A DNA stretch of 64,000 nt. It comes from Phoronis australis. Taxonomy: Eukaryota; Animalia; Phoronida. The stretch lies in the NCBI GenBank assembly GCA_002633005.1, contig NMRA01000115.1:180309-244308 (forward strand), in the 5' to 3' direction. Positions 36,322 through 49,800 of this stretch are shown piece after piece. The notes under the pieces are model-generated. The model worked only from the letters and a program-made list of their open reading frames with translations. It was not told where the DNA came from and did not search any database. A program made the translations under genes and the position numbers. Numbering within the stretch: position 1 is the first letter of the stretch; each line of letters opens with the position of its first letter.

Positions 36322-36859
36322 TCAGTTCCACAGGTCTTAGTGTGTTGATCATAAATCAAGTAAATACTTTTCATGGAGCCGTGTTTTTTATTTTAATTCG
36401 GTCATTTTGTAGCGCTTGAAGCACATGCACACATACAGTACCAATCTCAGCAACATCACCTTGCAAATGTCTGACGCAACATGCACGTCATTCACAACTA
36501 CACAAATGTAGCTAGTGGAAACGGCGGCTAAGTGGAGCTGCCATGGTGGCAATGCACTCTGTTTCAATTTGAGTTCTAAAAGCTATGGAAGATCCAGTGA
36601 GTGGAAACGCTGCCGCCACGGAGGTACAAGACACCCAGAAGACCACTCAACAGCAAACGTACAGTGCTGGCGTAAACCAACAGCAAAATCAACATCAGCA
36701 GCCGTATGGGACAACTGTAACACCGCAAATCTATTCATCGGCTCGGATTTACGATTTAGTTCCTACGAGGACGATATGCACGTTTTGTGGCGCGGATGTC
36801 GTCACATGCATTCGCTACGTCAGTGGTACAGCTACGTGGCTCGCATGTTTCGGGTTGTC
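36322..36859 (+). other. Near-identical duplicate of 36861-37390 (partial LITAF1) ending at a single-N gap; probable haplotype/assembly artefact
   Basis: The copy ends at N36860 and the sequence restarts at the same upstream point. I saw SNPs and small indels only in the non-coding part. Confidence 0.75.
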
Positions 36860-37117
36860 NTCAGTTCCACAGGTCTTACTGTGTTGATCATAAATCAAGT
36901 AAATATTTTCATGGAGCCGTGTTTTTTATTTTAATTCGGTCACTTTGTAGCGCTTGAAGCACATGCACACATACCAATCTCAGCAACATCACCTTACAAA
37001 TGTCTGACGCAACATGCACGTCATTCACAACTACATAAACGTAGCTAGTGGAAACGGCGGCTAAGTGGAGCTGCCATGGTGGCAATGCACTCTGTTTCAA
37101 TTTGAGTTCTAAAAGCT

Positions 37118-37513
37118 ATGGAAGATCCAGTGAGTGGAAACGCTGCCGCCACGGAGGTACAAGACACCCAGAAGACCACTCAACAGCAAACGTACAGTGC
37201 TGGCGTAAACCAACAGCAAAATCAACATCAGCAGCCGTATGGGACAACTGTAACACCGCAAATCTATTCATCGGCTCGGATTTACGATTTAGTTCCTACG
37301 AGGACGATATGCACGTTTTGTGGCGCGGATGTCGTCACATGCATTCGCTACGTCAGTGGTACAGCTACGTGGCTCGCATGTTTCGGGTTGTCCATGGTCG
37401 GTTGCATACTGGGATGTCAATTCATACCGTTTGCTGTAGAATCTTGTAAAGACGTTGAACATTCTTGCCCAAATTGCCAACGTGTGATTGCACGTAGGGA
37501 ACGACTGAGGTGA
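37118..37513 (+). CDS. LITAF-like: LITAF-domain (zinc ribbon) protein 1, single coding exon
   Basis: CTFC...TWL...GCILGCQFIPF...KDVEHSCPNC; AATAAA at 37548. Confidence 0.92.
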   Translation: MEDPVSGNAAATEVQDTQKTTQQQTYSAGVNQQQNQHQQPYGTTVTPQIYSSARIYDLVPTRTICTFCGADVVTCIRYVSGTATWLACFGLSMVGCILGCQFIPFAVESCKDVEHSCPNCQRVIARRERLR

Positions 37514-39852
37514 CGAAATAACCAGAAACGAGTGTAGAAAAATAACAAATAAACAAAAGTGTACATGTCGGCCAAGATAGTTCCCCGGAAATACCCAGTA
37601 ACTCGTGGCACTTGGTTAATTTCACCTTGATGAACAAACCTAACTCTACAGAGTTGAAGATACTACAATACTTCTCATTTACGAATTGTCGTTCCCATAA
37701 CTTCTGCTTTAATTCCGCTATGGGGTGTAAACGCCAGTATATGTTAGACTAAACAACCACTCCATTCCGCGGCTTACAGTTTGCATTGAGATGTTGCATA
37801 TTGTAATGTTCTCACTTTACTGTGGATACCTCGAGGCCTGTTTCACACAAGGTCGTACAGCACGTTTAAGTTCGGTCTTAGCGTTTCGTAATTTCTGTCT
37901 TGGTTTGTATACAGTACATACATGTAGTAAGTTAACGTGGCTTTTGGAGACGGTCGTTAAGTCGGAGCATACTCAACGTTTCCTCTCCTCTAAAAACACA
38001 GCGTCGCATTTGCAATAACGTGCCCACCACCGTCTTAGCAAGGACCGGGCTTTCACGTATAAAATTCAGTGAAACAGGACCATGCCGTAGTAACGAATTG
38101 CACACAGCATAGTGGAAATGTAAGCCCTACTGTGGGAGAAAAAACAAAAACAGAGCTGACCAAAATGTTCTAGACGGAGCATTTCCTGCTATAATAGAGT
38201 CAGAAATTAAAACACGGCATTCAGACTTGCTGAAGGCTATCGTCATTATGGACAAGAATTGGAGATCTGTTTTGAACCGTTCGACCTGATGCCCTGCCTC
38301 TGCTATAGTTAGCAACATACGTGAGACGTTGGTCAGTATGCCGGTGACAAAACATAATTTTGTGCGGAACACGCATATTCGCCCTCTTAATAATAAACTG
38401 ATACACATGCATCTACACCAGGCTATACCCTCAAGACCCCATGTTCCCCAGACTTGATGTTCCGTGTACCGGTTAAATCAATTTCTTCGAGACAACTTGC
38501 TGCGCATTAGGTGAATGAGCCAACATGTTCCAAAACGATGGTTTTAGAAAAGAATTGCACCAGTCGGAATGTTTGTGCTTGTACTAGATATCAGTTCTGG
38601 TGCTGGTGAGTGCGTGGCGATACTTAAGTAACATCACTCACGGCATTTTGTTTCGCTTTTCACACATTTCCCGTTGGGCTTTTACATACACGAGATTGGA
38701 ATTGCCACCACCGTGACGTTTTGCTTCCAAATCGCAAATAAATATCATTGATGAATGCCCGCCATACACCAACGTCTTTCTTTTAATGACACAAACAAAT
38801 TATGGTCAAAAACACGTTTATTGACACATGTAAAACTTTTGTTACTGGATTTAAGATGACGAACACAAAACGTTTGATCCCCGGTGTGAAGTAGACTTGG
38901 AATGTCACCCAAATTACAATGCATGGAAACTGGGTAACACCCATCTAGGCGTCGGAAAAGGGAACATTGGGTTCGTTCATCAGGAAAGGTTTTGGGATGG
39001 GAGAATAAAACTACGCGGGTATATTGAACACGGAAGTCTTACTATATTCCCCTAAACGAAGCAAAACGGGCCTCGTTTAATTGAAAAAGGAGCAAATTGA
39101 AGATTTCAGAATGACGAAAGCGGTGAAGTTTTGTCCAGGTTGCCACCATATAACTAACATTTTGGCACACCTGTGCGTCCCGAGGCTCATAAAGTGCCAA
39201 TTCAAATCTGCTGTATAGGTGGTGCCTTTGCAAAAGGAACCAAATTAAAATGTAAGAAAAAAGCTATAGCTGTAAGACGGCGCCTTAAGCATAGTTTCAT
39301 CCTTCCTCGTCATTCCAGCGTTTTTAGTTCGCTACTTTAGAAAAATACATTCTTGAGAACCCACCGGCAGCAAGTTTGAAAAGCAAATTTGACGACCTTT
39401 GAGAAATATTGGATTTAGCAAGTCAGATTCTCCCAATCACTTAAATGGCAAACGCACCTGAACTGGTTCGATTACTCCAAAGTTCAAGACAGCAAACAAA
39501 AATTGACTCAGTATTTGCCATATTACAACTTTTTCTTGGATTTAGACAGGTTAAAACATACATAAATTTACGTTAAAATTCATAATGTTTTTCGTTAGCA
39601 AAAAGTAGATCAGACCTATGTGAAAGACTAAAGAGCCGCAAGTCTTTTCATCAATACATTCCTGCGTCCCCACAACAAATGGGACGTACACAAACTTCGC
39701 AAACGAGTTGCAAATAGTGCTATTTAAAACCTGCAAACTTGTGATTTCAAAATAAAAAATGGACACGTCACCAACAGTGATGCAAACTGACAGACAAACA
39801 CACAAGTAGATTCAAGGAGTAATGATCTTAACGCTTGGTGGACGATAACAGC

Positions 39853-40209
39853 ATGGATAACCAACCACCCGAGGACATACACTCAACAACCATACAACAT
39901 AGCTTTACCAATCCACAAGCACCACAATGCCACGGTCAACCGCAGCCTTTCGGGCTTTCTACGCTGCCGGTTGTTTTTGACATAGTGCCTACAAAAGTAA
40001 AGTGCATGTACTGTCAGTCAGATATTATAACAGAAATTCGTCACACGGTTGGTACAGGCACGTGGCTGGCATGCTGTGTACTCTCGACGACACTCTGTTT
40101 CGCTCTAGGATGTCAGTTCATTCCATTCTGCATTAAATCTTGCAAAGACGTCGAGCATTCTTGCCCCAACTGCAAACGAGTCGTTGGTGTGAGGGAGCGG
40201 TTGCAGTGA
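39853..40209 (+). CDS. LITAF-like: LITAF-domain protein 2, single coding exon
   Basis: CMYC...GTGTWL...LGCQFIPFC...KDVEHSCPNC; first ATG at 39853. Confidence 0.92.
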   Translation: MDNQPPEDIHSTTIQHSFTNPQAPQCHGQPQPFGLSTLPVVFDIVPTKVKCMYCQSDIITEIRHTVGTGTWLACCVLSTTLCFALGCQFIPFCIKSCKDVEHSCPNCKRVVGVRERLQ

Positions 40210-41337
40210 TGAAACGAAGGTTCGACTTCATCGTGACAAACAAAGCCAGGCAACAAAATTAAAGAAGCATATGTTATGACGTGTGTCAATTTCTCTTTCC
40301 TGGAATTAGCTTAAAGTGTCCTGTAGAACGGAGACACAAGAAGTAGTGAATGAATATCCATGTTTGTAAATTACTCCAGGTGTTTTGACTAAACTTATAC
40401 ACGAAATAATAGACCAATCGCGAAGGCAATACCAGGTCACAGGAACAGAGGAGAGCAATATTGTCCGTGAGTAAAGCAAATGTTGACCGAAGGCAACATT
40501 GCTATCCCAACGCCGATATTGCCAGGTTTGTCATCTGTGAAGCTTTAATAAAATGTGATATTCCATGGGTGGCCCGTCAACACTACCTCATAACGGAAGT
40601 TATTGTACAGTGCTGTAGCCAGTCAGACTGGACAGAGGTACCAGTGATTGTAGAATTCATTAGTAATTGTCATAAAAACCTCAACTCATCTATACGTACA
40701 AGTAAGCGTAGGCACTGATACGTACATGTATGTCACAAGCTACCTTCATCTAACATACATGTATTTAAATATTTACACATATTTACATGAACACATACGA
40801 GGACGCAAAAATAACGTAAGAAGACCCGGCACAGTCACTCTCAATAGACTAAGAGTTTCAACCACTGTTTCAAGAACTGTAAAAGTGCCATCCCGGTTCA
40901 TCTGCAAAGTGTCATATCACCGCCAAGTTGTCGGTATCACAAATTTGAGACGTAACGTGTTAAGCGTGACAGAGGACTTGACTTGTAACAAACGATCTGA
41001 TTCGTCCGTTACAGCTACATGCATGTTGAGATTCTACTGTGGCTAAAAATTGTCTGGGAGGTGCTTGGCCAATTTCATTTTATTTTAATAAATATTCCAC
41101 GACATGTCAAGGGCCAGTCGGCTCCCTCCTCCCGCTAGATCTCCGCATCTTGCAGATCACGTAAAACTCGAACACGAGAACGCAGCACTTTGTTGGTTCT
41201 TAAGTTTTCTCACGGAGAACATTCCAATAGCCCAAAACAGGATGCTACTTAAAGCAGATATTCACGTTTTTTTGGGGGGAAACCAACTTTTGATTCAGAC
41301 GATCCCTATCAGACGTATACATGTAAATCTCAATGAT

Positions 41338-43423
41338 CAGTGGCGGATCTACGGGGGGTTCTAACCCCCCTCGGGCCAGGACCCAAAAATTAAAACAAAA
41401 AACAAAAGCGTATCCAGCAAAACAAAAACGGCACCGCCAGCGTGTGTAAACCCCAAGTAAACCAACTTGGAAAAAATTGAGGGGGGGGGGTTCACTCTGA
41501 AAATATAGTTTTTTGCATTGTGAATTGCTGAGTCTTTGTGGCTCATCGGCAAAACGCGTGGGGATTAATTGTGCGCGTGCTTCCGTCGACACTTCTGAAG
41601 TAGCCAAGCATTTTAGATGGATTCATCGCTGAAAGAACAGTTCTATAGCTGATTTCTTTTGGTAACTAGCTTCTTTACTCTAAGATATATTTTGATTTGA
41701 TTAGGGGAAATACTGCGGTGCCGCAACCCTGATATTCAGGCGAATTGACGTGCAACGTTTTTACCTCATCTGTCATGCCGTGTAGTTCTATTACAGTCCA
41801 CACGTTTGTAACTGATGTATAGTAAAGTTGTCTTGCGCAATATCATACAGTGTACATGTACATGTAATATTGTGTACATGTACATGTAATATTTTTGAAA
41901 AAAATTCTTTTTCCGAAGAATTGCTATTGTGGCGGGCGCCGTGGTCTGGTCGCGAGTCCGTTTGAAGACACACTCTGTAACAAGTTATGTCTATACAAGG
42001 AATGACCAAGGGGGCACTCACATTGAGAAAGTGACCGCATTCGCGAAAAGTGTTCAGTACCAGAAATGGCGGGGAGGCTGTTCTTTCACAACGAAGTCTT
42101 GCGGGACTCGTGCGATGTTCAATAGGCCTCCTAAGGAGCCCTAGTTCCGACCTCAACACCTACCGTCTGTCTACCTGCAATAAGCACACTGCCGTCTTCT
42201 ATACTGGGAATTTTCGCACAAAGGCTCTCCCGATGAAACGCTCATGCCCATGGGCATTTATTTGATATTAGCACTTCAAGCGTTTCAAGCGTTCAGACAT
42301 TGGGACGTTTATTTCGAAAATTGCAAGAGATGCAAATAGGTCCTGGGATGCTTCGTCAAAGTTTGAAGTAGTCCATGATGAACGGATCAAATTTACTTGC
42401 GCATGTAAGTCTTAAATGGACTTGGCAACCTCAAGGGCCTTAGTGTCAACTGAGCTGCGAAACGAGATGCTGACATTGTAGAGGCTTACAAGCTCATTGA
42501 CACACCAGTTGACGAAGTGCAAGCGTTGGGAACAAACATCGAAGGTTTCTGGGTAGAATGGTTCCAAGACGAGCAAATCATTGGATCCGATATACAAATT
42601 CCTCGGCAGTCTAGACAACAGAAGGATAGGACTAACGTATGAGTAACCACTGGGGATTAAAATTTTAGAGAGAAGTTTTCAATTCAAATTTTTTTGCATA
42701 GTACACGTTACATCTCGCGACGGACCAGGCCAGCTTGACTTGTGTAAATTTTGAGTTTCAGTGTACTTCTGGTCTCTCGGCGAACTAGTCTTGTGATTTT
42801 TTTTTACCAAAGTGTGCTTTGTAAAACTATTTATCTCAGCCAGTACTGTTTGTTCCCGCGACAGATTGACTATTTTTATAGGGATGATAAGCACAGGTGT
42901 ACTCTTGGTCTCGTGACGGACCAGGTCAGCTTTTTGTGTACTCTCAGTGTACATCTGGTCCCTCTGCAAACTCGTCCAGAGTATCTTTTCACCACTGTGC
43001 ACAGGATGTTTTGGTTTCGTGAAACTTATTTCAGATGATTTGTTTCCTGATAGATTTGACGTTTTTCAATTGTTGTCAACGTGATTCAGCTTAATAAAGT
43101 GATACCTAATTATTTATTGTCGCTTTTAATAATAGACTATGAGTTGAGAGCACCATCGTTCTCCAGTTTTTCTCGTAACGAGACAGAACACATGTTTATT
43201 TCCGGACTAACAGTACAGGTCTTCGTTCTTAAACAACTTGAGGCTGCTGTTACGCGATCATCTGATATTCAAGTTTTTACGCCCCGTCGGTGCTCCTTAA
43301 TTATGCTCTTGAANNNNNNNNNNNNNNNNNNNNNNNNCCCCCCCGCTCGGCGCCACGCGCCTAGGATTCGACCTTGGCGGGAATCTTAAACCCCCCCTTG
43401 CTGAAAACGTAAATCCGCCACTG
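41338..43423 (+). mobile_element. Decayed hAT-superfamily DNA transposon (THAP12/PRKRIR-ZMYM1-like transposase remnant)
   Basis: TIRs CAGTGGCGGATCTACG (41338) and CGTAAATCCGCCACTG (ends 43423); degenerate flanks CTCAATGAT / CTCAACGTA. The internal frame at ~42409-42642 reads LKGLSVN*AAKRDADIVEAYKLID...EWFQD...IQIPRQSRQQKDRTNV. Confidence 0.72.
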
Positions 43424-44538
43424 CTCAACGTATCTCAAAGTGCTTAAAAAGATACTGCTTTGGTGACTCTAGCCAGTTCTCTTTCTGTCCCCTGCTAGTG
43501 ATTTAGACAGGCGTGTGTTTTGTAAACGTAAGGAACTCAAGACATAATAATATATTATTATCACACTGGGTTCCTTCGCGAGATTCCTCTGTCTACTGAG
43601 TTCAGTCCAGCATTCAACTCAGAACACATACCGACTGTGTCACAGAATGGATAATACGGTTTTTGGTGAGTGATTTCCCCAGCAGTTGTGCAACTCGCCT
43701 AAGCGAAGGTCAAGCTTGTTGGTTTAACTGACTTTTTAAGGAGTTTTCAAAATTTAGTGTAAACACATGAGGGTTGAAGAGGTTAGAGACTATGATGGGT
43801 GAAAAGGTCCAGAATTAGCCGTTTTAACGTGATCAACATTGACAAGCCAACTTATGACGAACTGTCAGTCTTTTTGAAGTCAAGAACACGCCTCAAAATT
43901 GACTAGGAAAGAATTTGATAACAATTTCATAACTATGAGTTGTTAAGATTAGCTTTTGTGACAGAAAGCGGGCTTCCCGAGTCGTTTTGATGAAATTTCC
44001 AACATGCCACTCAAATCGTGAACAAGTCATGGAGTTTTCTGACCAAAAATGCCATAGTCTCAGTATTTTTACTAAGACATTATCAATTTGATCATGAATG
44101 TAATGAAGGTCACCAGTCCCCAGAGCTTCTTTACAAATCTTCAAGCAGACGTACCCAACGTGAACTGTTCACAGATCAACTGACAATACGCTTAATTCTT
44201 CTACACTAGCTGTCGGTAGCTGCATTCAAAATGATTGACGCGTGTGTATTACAATTACATGTACATGCACATTTAACTCAGTCATGTTGTATAACAACTA
44301 ACATTTCTATTTGGGTCTTATCTGCCGTACGTAAAGGCAAACATACTGTACATGTAGCTTTACAAAGACGTTTTGACGGAGCGCCTATGCCCCAAAACTA
44401 GACATAACACACAAGTTGTAGGCCTGAGTTCCAGTGTAGAACATTTTACGCTGGTTTTTTTGTTAGGCAGAAAACGTCATTCTTTGTTGCACGATGATTT
44501 TGCCTATCCAACGTAACAGTAACATAAACGCTGAAAAC

Positions 44539-44943
44539 ATGGCCAGTGATGCGACTCAACCAGATGCTATAGGTCCTGATCCCGTACAGACAGAGGCACA
44601 GGTTTCTCCTGGAACTATGCAACAATGCGCCTGGGGACCATATCCCGTTCAGCAATACAGCGGCAACCCACCTTCGACAACGTTTGCGTACTTAACGCAG
44701 CCCGTATTCAACTTGACCCCTTGTAACGTGAAGTGTAAATTCTGCGACGCTGACGTCGTCACGGAAACAAAATACAAGATGGGACACTTCACTTGGCTTT
44801 CTTGTTGTGGACTTAGCTGCATTGGATGTCTACTTGGTTGTCAGTTCATCCCATTCTGTGTTAAAGATTTTAAAGACGTTGAGCACTCTTGTCCAAATTG
44901 TAAGCAGGTCATCGGATTAAGGCAGCGTGTTAAAGTGTTTTAA
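44539..44943 (+). CDS. LITAF-like: LITAF-domain protein 3, single coding exon (alternative start 44494)
   Basis: CKFC...GHFTWL...GCLLGCQFIPFC...KDVEHSCPNC; AAAC ATG G start context. Confidence 0.92.
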   Translation: MASDATQPDAIGPDPVQTEAQVSPGTMQQCAWGPYPVQQYSGNPPSTTFAYLTQPVFNLTPCNVKCKFCDADVVTETKYKMGHFTWLSCCGLSCIGCLLGCQFIPFCVKDFKDVEHSCPNCKQVIGLRQRVKVF

Positions 44944-46839
44944 AATACACGACCTCAAGAGGTTACGAATTGCTTAACACTAACAGCGCATCGCGCCATT
45001 AGAACAAAGTGACGTGTGTTTGGTTGTTTAGTTTACTATGAAGTGTTGAAGGTGTAAGTTGTATAAAACGTGAGGACGGTGTTGTATTTTTAAAAAGTGT
45101 TTGAAATCCAACAGTCGCCGGCCCAAGACACGAACTTCTGAATTGAACCACTTAACACTATAAAGCACTGCTCTCAATTTACTCCTTCCTCAAACGAAAA
45201 ACGACCTCTGTGTTTGAAAACAACGGCTATTTCGTTATTCTTTGAGACTATGCCCGGTGCAGATATGCCGTGACAAGATAATTTACATTACCATAGTCTG
45301 ACGCAACAATAACGAACATTCTCTTCTTGCAATGATCTGAAATTACTTTCCAATTGACTCTGCGACATATTGAGGTTAATTTCATGAAGGTTATTGGTCT
45401 ACATTATGTCTTGAGGTGGGTTTACATTTATATTCGTCGTAAGCGAGTTTTGAACAGAGAAAGGAATGGATTAAATGAAGAATGCACTAAGACTTCTTCG
45501 TCGTGCACCAGGTCGCAATTGCGACGTACTGCGGTTCAACCGCAAGTGTAACAAATCGATGTGTCATCATTTGTTGTAACCATTGTTTTGAACACGTAGA
45601 TAATAATTCATGCTGGTGACATCATAATTGTACGTCTAAAATTTGTTTGAACGATTGGTTTTGTGATCCGATGCATTCGTACTTGTGAATGAGTGAGAGG
45701 TTGATTGCATGTAGGTTATTTTGCCGCTCCATACACGGTCCCTTTCACGGCATTTTGCACGTCACCCATACTGAGGTTTGTACAAGAACCTCTATCGTCA
45801 AAACGCCTACCCATCGGTAGATTTTTTGTGAGACGCCAAGCCTCAGCGACGAGTTCACGACAATAAAACACTGACTGAAATATACTGATTTAACGTAGAA
45901 TAAAATTGGTAATATTTCGAAAAGCTCGGCTTCTTACTGAAATTGAAATCCTCTCGAAAAATTAGGTGAGGATGATTCTTATGCGAAGAAACACAATGAA
46001 AGTTAATAATAATTAGTAAATGCGATATATTTCGGTTCTCTTGCACTGCTTAATGAGCTGCTGCATTTGATATTATGACCTGTGGTAGAAAATTGACTTG
46101 CGAGGCGTGATGCCGGAAAAAAAGATAGCGGGGAATCTCAACAATGGGCGAGATTGATTTCTCTGAACTTTGTCTCGATTTGGAAACTAGTGTGCGCTTT
46201 GGAGCTATTACCAGGAATACATTGTTCTCCGAATGTTGTTGGCGATTGCTTTAAAAAATTCCGCTGTTGCACGAAGAACTATCAAAATTGGACTTGTATG
46301 GTTTAATGAAAAGAAAAATAAGGTACAGTAGCAGAGTGAAACGATGTTTTAGAAAACGGTAACTATATTTCTTCAAATCAGTTGCAACTACAATATTTCA
46401 TATCAAATGATATATCACCACTCTGTGTATTGTACCGTTGTTTTGCTATCATTACGAAAAAACATGATCGCGTGACCGATGAAGTGAAGTCCTATTGATG
46501 ACAACCCGTCATGCAAAAATTTTCCGCAACAGAGTTTTGGAGAACACTCCCTAGAAGTATCTGAAAGTTAAAAGTCTCCGATTCGCCATTTCCGAGTTTC
46601 CGAAGTTATCCAAATGTTTCAGGACTCTACACCAAACTTGAGTTAAGACACGGAATTTTAAATTTGAAGGAACGAGGTTTCGGAATTGAAGGAAGTCAGC
46701 TATCTTGTTTGCGCATTTAGTATGGTTAGACGGGTTTGTATGAACCGAACACATGTTTCACATTGCTGCTGCGGCACCTGGTGTTAGCGTGCTCAACTAT
46801 CGATCCACTCAACTGAATAATTTCCTGAACTGCACTACC

Positions 46840-49800
46840 ATGTCGGCATCCGTTCCTTTCACAGAACAATCCAACCGGAGGACAGAATTCATTGACGTAG
46901 CATCCCCCGAAGGTAGGAGTTGCACACACCAAGGCTATTTCTCATAACTAATTCATGTTCTAACGCCATTTCTGGAAAGGACGCTTCGTATATAGAGCTT
47001 TGTTTTTCCAAAGTACGCGGACGTTTATGAACTTGTTATCTGAGATCATTCATTGCTGGGCAATACAAACAGTTGGCACATATCGACAAAGGTCACTGCT
47101 AGGTACATGTAGTAGCCAGTTAGCAGTGTATGAAGGCTGAGGAGTACCTTATCAGGACAGTACCTAACCACGGACATTTAAAACAGGTGCTCGAACTTTG
47201 AAGTCGATTTTCAAAAAGCTTTATCAAAACGAAAGACACCATTCGAAGTTGCCAGCGTTCCTAGTCAACGACCCAACGTCCGACATGTTTGACCTAATTT
47301 TCATTTTGAGTAGTTAAAAATTTGTAAAAAAGAGGGCGCTATAATAATATAGCAAATTAGGTTTCTGCCTTTCTTCGGTTTCTTGTCATTTTTATTTGAA
47401 AACAGTACTAAGAGCGATGGAATAGCCTGTGCATTAATTTGCATGTACATGCACACTTTTACATTCGAAAACTCTTTTGGCCGGTTAATATAGAAAACAA
47501 CTTCATTTTGTGTGCTAGCGATTTTAGTTACCGGTCACATCGGAAATTTAATAAATATTTAAAAACAAAAATGTAAAATGTTCAACATGTAGAGCTAACG
47601 ACTGGACGATTCCATGCAAAATATGGGAGTCAACCGACAATGACCTTGCCCGTTGCAATTTCCTTGCGTCATTTTGCAGCTTTTTTAACAATGAAAGAAA
47701 AGTAGGCCTATGTCATCATTTTGAAAACGATGCGCTCGTGACGAGCAAGAGCCATTTATCAAATTTTTCGACATCTTTTGAGATCTTATGACAACGTCGC
47801 CGAAGCAAAATTTGCTCCGAAATTCAATTTACTGGCAATAATGCTTAAAAATTTAACGAAGTGAAACAAATTCGGATAAGCTGTTGTTAACTGCACGCAA
47901 CCCTGTGGAAGTACTGTGCAAGTATAACGGTGAAAAAATCGGACACAAAAGTAAGTGGCCTACCCATATTATTGCTACATAGATTTAACAGCGGAATAAG
48001 GGCAACGGCCTGTATTTTGACATACACTGTAGGTAACGAATTTAGCTTACTCAATGAGGAATGTAGTTTTAATTTGCATTGATTTGTGCCAGATTTGTTT
48101 GGCCATTTTTTAACCATATCGCTCAAAAGCTGTATATAAATTATTCAGTTTCATATGCGCTAACTGCAAAGCGATACCGAATCTAGTTTACAGTGAAACA
48201 ACACGTGTAGTTGAGATAAAAGGTCATATATATTATGACAAACTAAACTACTACAGATATCAGTAATTACAAAAGTTATATAACATGTTGAACTGTAAAG
48301 GTGGGTGACAATCTGCCTCCAATGAAGGTATACACAAGTGGTGAATAGTAAGTTAAGAAACAATATGCGGAAGCATAACAGCAACACCGGGACAACGACA
48401 TTTAGTTTTGTACAATGTCTAGTACGGCCACTGATTGCATCCATATACATGTATTTGACAAGTGTGATTTGTTTTTGTTGATAAGACCTAATCTATCTGC
48501 AAATGTTGCCTGTAACACTGACATAAAACATTGCCTAATGAATTGCAAGACGGACGCCTTTACATAAGTAACAAATGACAATTATAAAGAACATACCTGC
48601 ACTCATTTTGGAGTTATTAAGCGTCTAATTTGGTCGAAAGAAGAATAAGAATAAGAAGAATAAGAATAAATAGAAGAAACCCCAGCAACAACATCACTCT
48701 GCGCTTGCACGCGCAGAGTAAATAGAATAATCAATAAGAATAAGTATAACAAGCCAAACAGAAGAAGAGGCAAAAATATGAGATATACTTAAGAAAACAA
48801 AGTGAAGTAGGCTAAACGACCGACTAACTAGGAACCAGAAAGTGGACTGGTGCAGCTTTGGAGTCTTGGTTAACTCTAGTTTTTAAACACTACTGCATGC
48901 GAAGCAGTTGGAATTATGGCAGATTGCTACATGTAAGATTGAATTTGGTAAAAACTCGGAGAATGCTTGAAAAGAGTGTCTTTTTTAATTTACAGCAGAG
49001 ATTGGTATTTCGTTGTAGTTAATACGACGAGGAACTTCAAATCTGATACAGGCTTTTGATGACAATTTGTTGGATGGGGTAGTTCAAGTTTTGGGTTGTA
49101 TCAGTAGCGTGTAAAGGTTTGGTGATGCCCGAGGCGATTTCTTTTTTTGGATGCCCCGCTTTTTACTCAAATGCATAGCGCCTAGGACTATGAAAAGAAA
49201 AAAGATGAAACAAAAACTAAAAACATTATTCAATTTAACTACAAACCAGTCACTATTTCAAAAATTTAGTTACAAGTATATTGATTGGATGCCCCCCGCA
49301 ATATGGATGCCCAGGGCCGTCGCCCCGTCGCCCCCTCCCCCTTCTGCAAGGTACATGGTTGTATTGTAGGAATAGTAGCAGAAAATTGATTCAAGTACAT
49401 GTACGTACACGTAAAAATGCTAATGTGTCTGTTTGGTTTATATTGGACTGGTCTACTCAAGAAATCGTTAGTGGAAAAGTACTTAGGTGGCTGATTATTG
49501 AGGAATTTGTAACAAAATATTGCAGTTAAGATTTTAAAGATGTCTTGAAGCAGAGGGAGGTGAAGTTCCTCACATAGATGGGAAGAATATGCGCACAGCT
49601 ACATGTACTTAGCTTAGGTATTGTTGTGTTTGACGACGTGTAATCTTAAAATGGATAAAAAACCGGAAGTTGTGTGGAATATCGCGAGTTTTTCTTTACT
49701 TGCAGTTGCAGCAACTGCAAACTACTAACACATTTCTAAATGGCCTCGTCCCCAAGCCTCAAGATGGCGCTGATCGGTTTGGCCATTTGAGGCTTGGTAT

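Noticed and set aside
36585-36887. Fourth LITAF gene or recent tandem duplication
   Set aside because: Coding part appears identical to LITAF1 and is cut exactly at a single N; best explained as uncollapsed haplotype overlap. Read depth would confirm.
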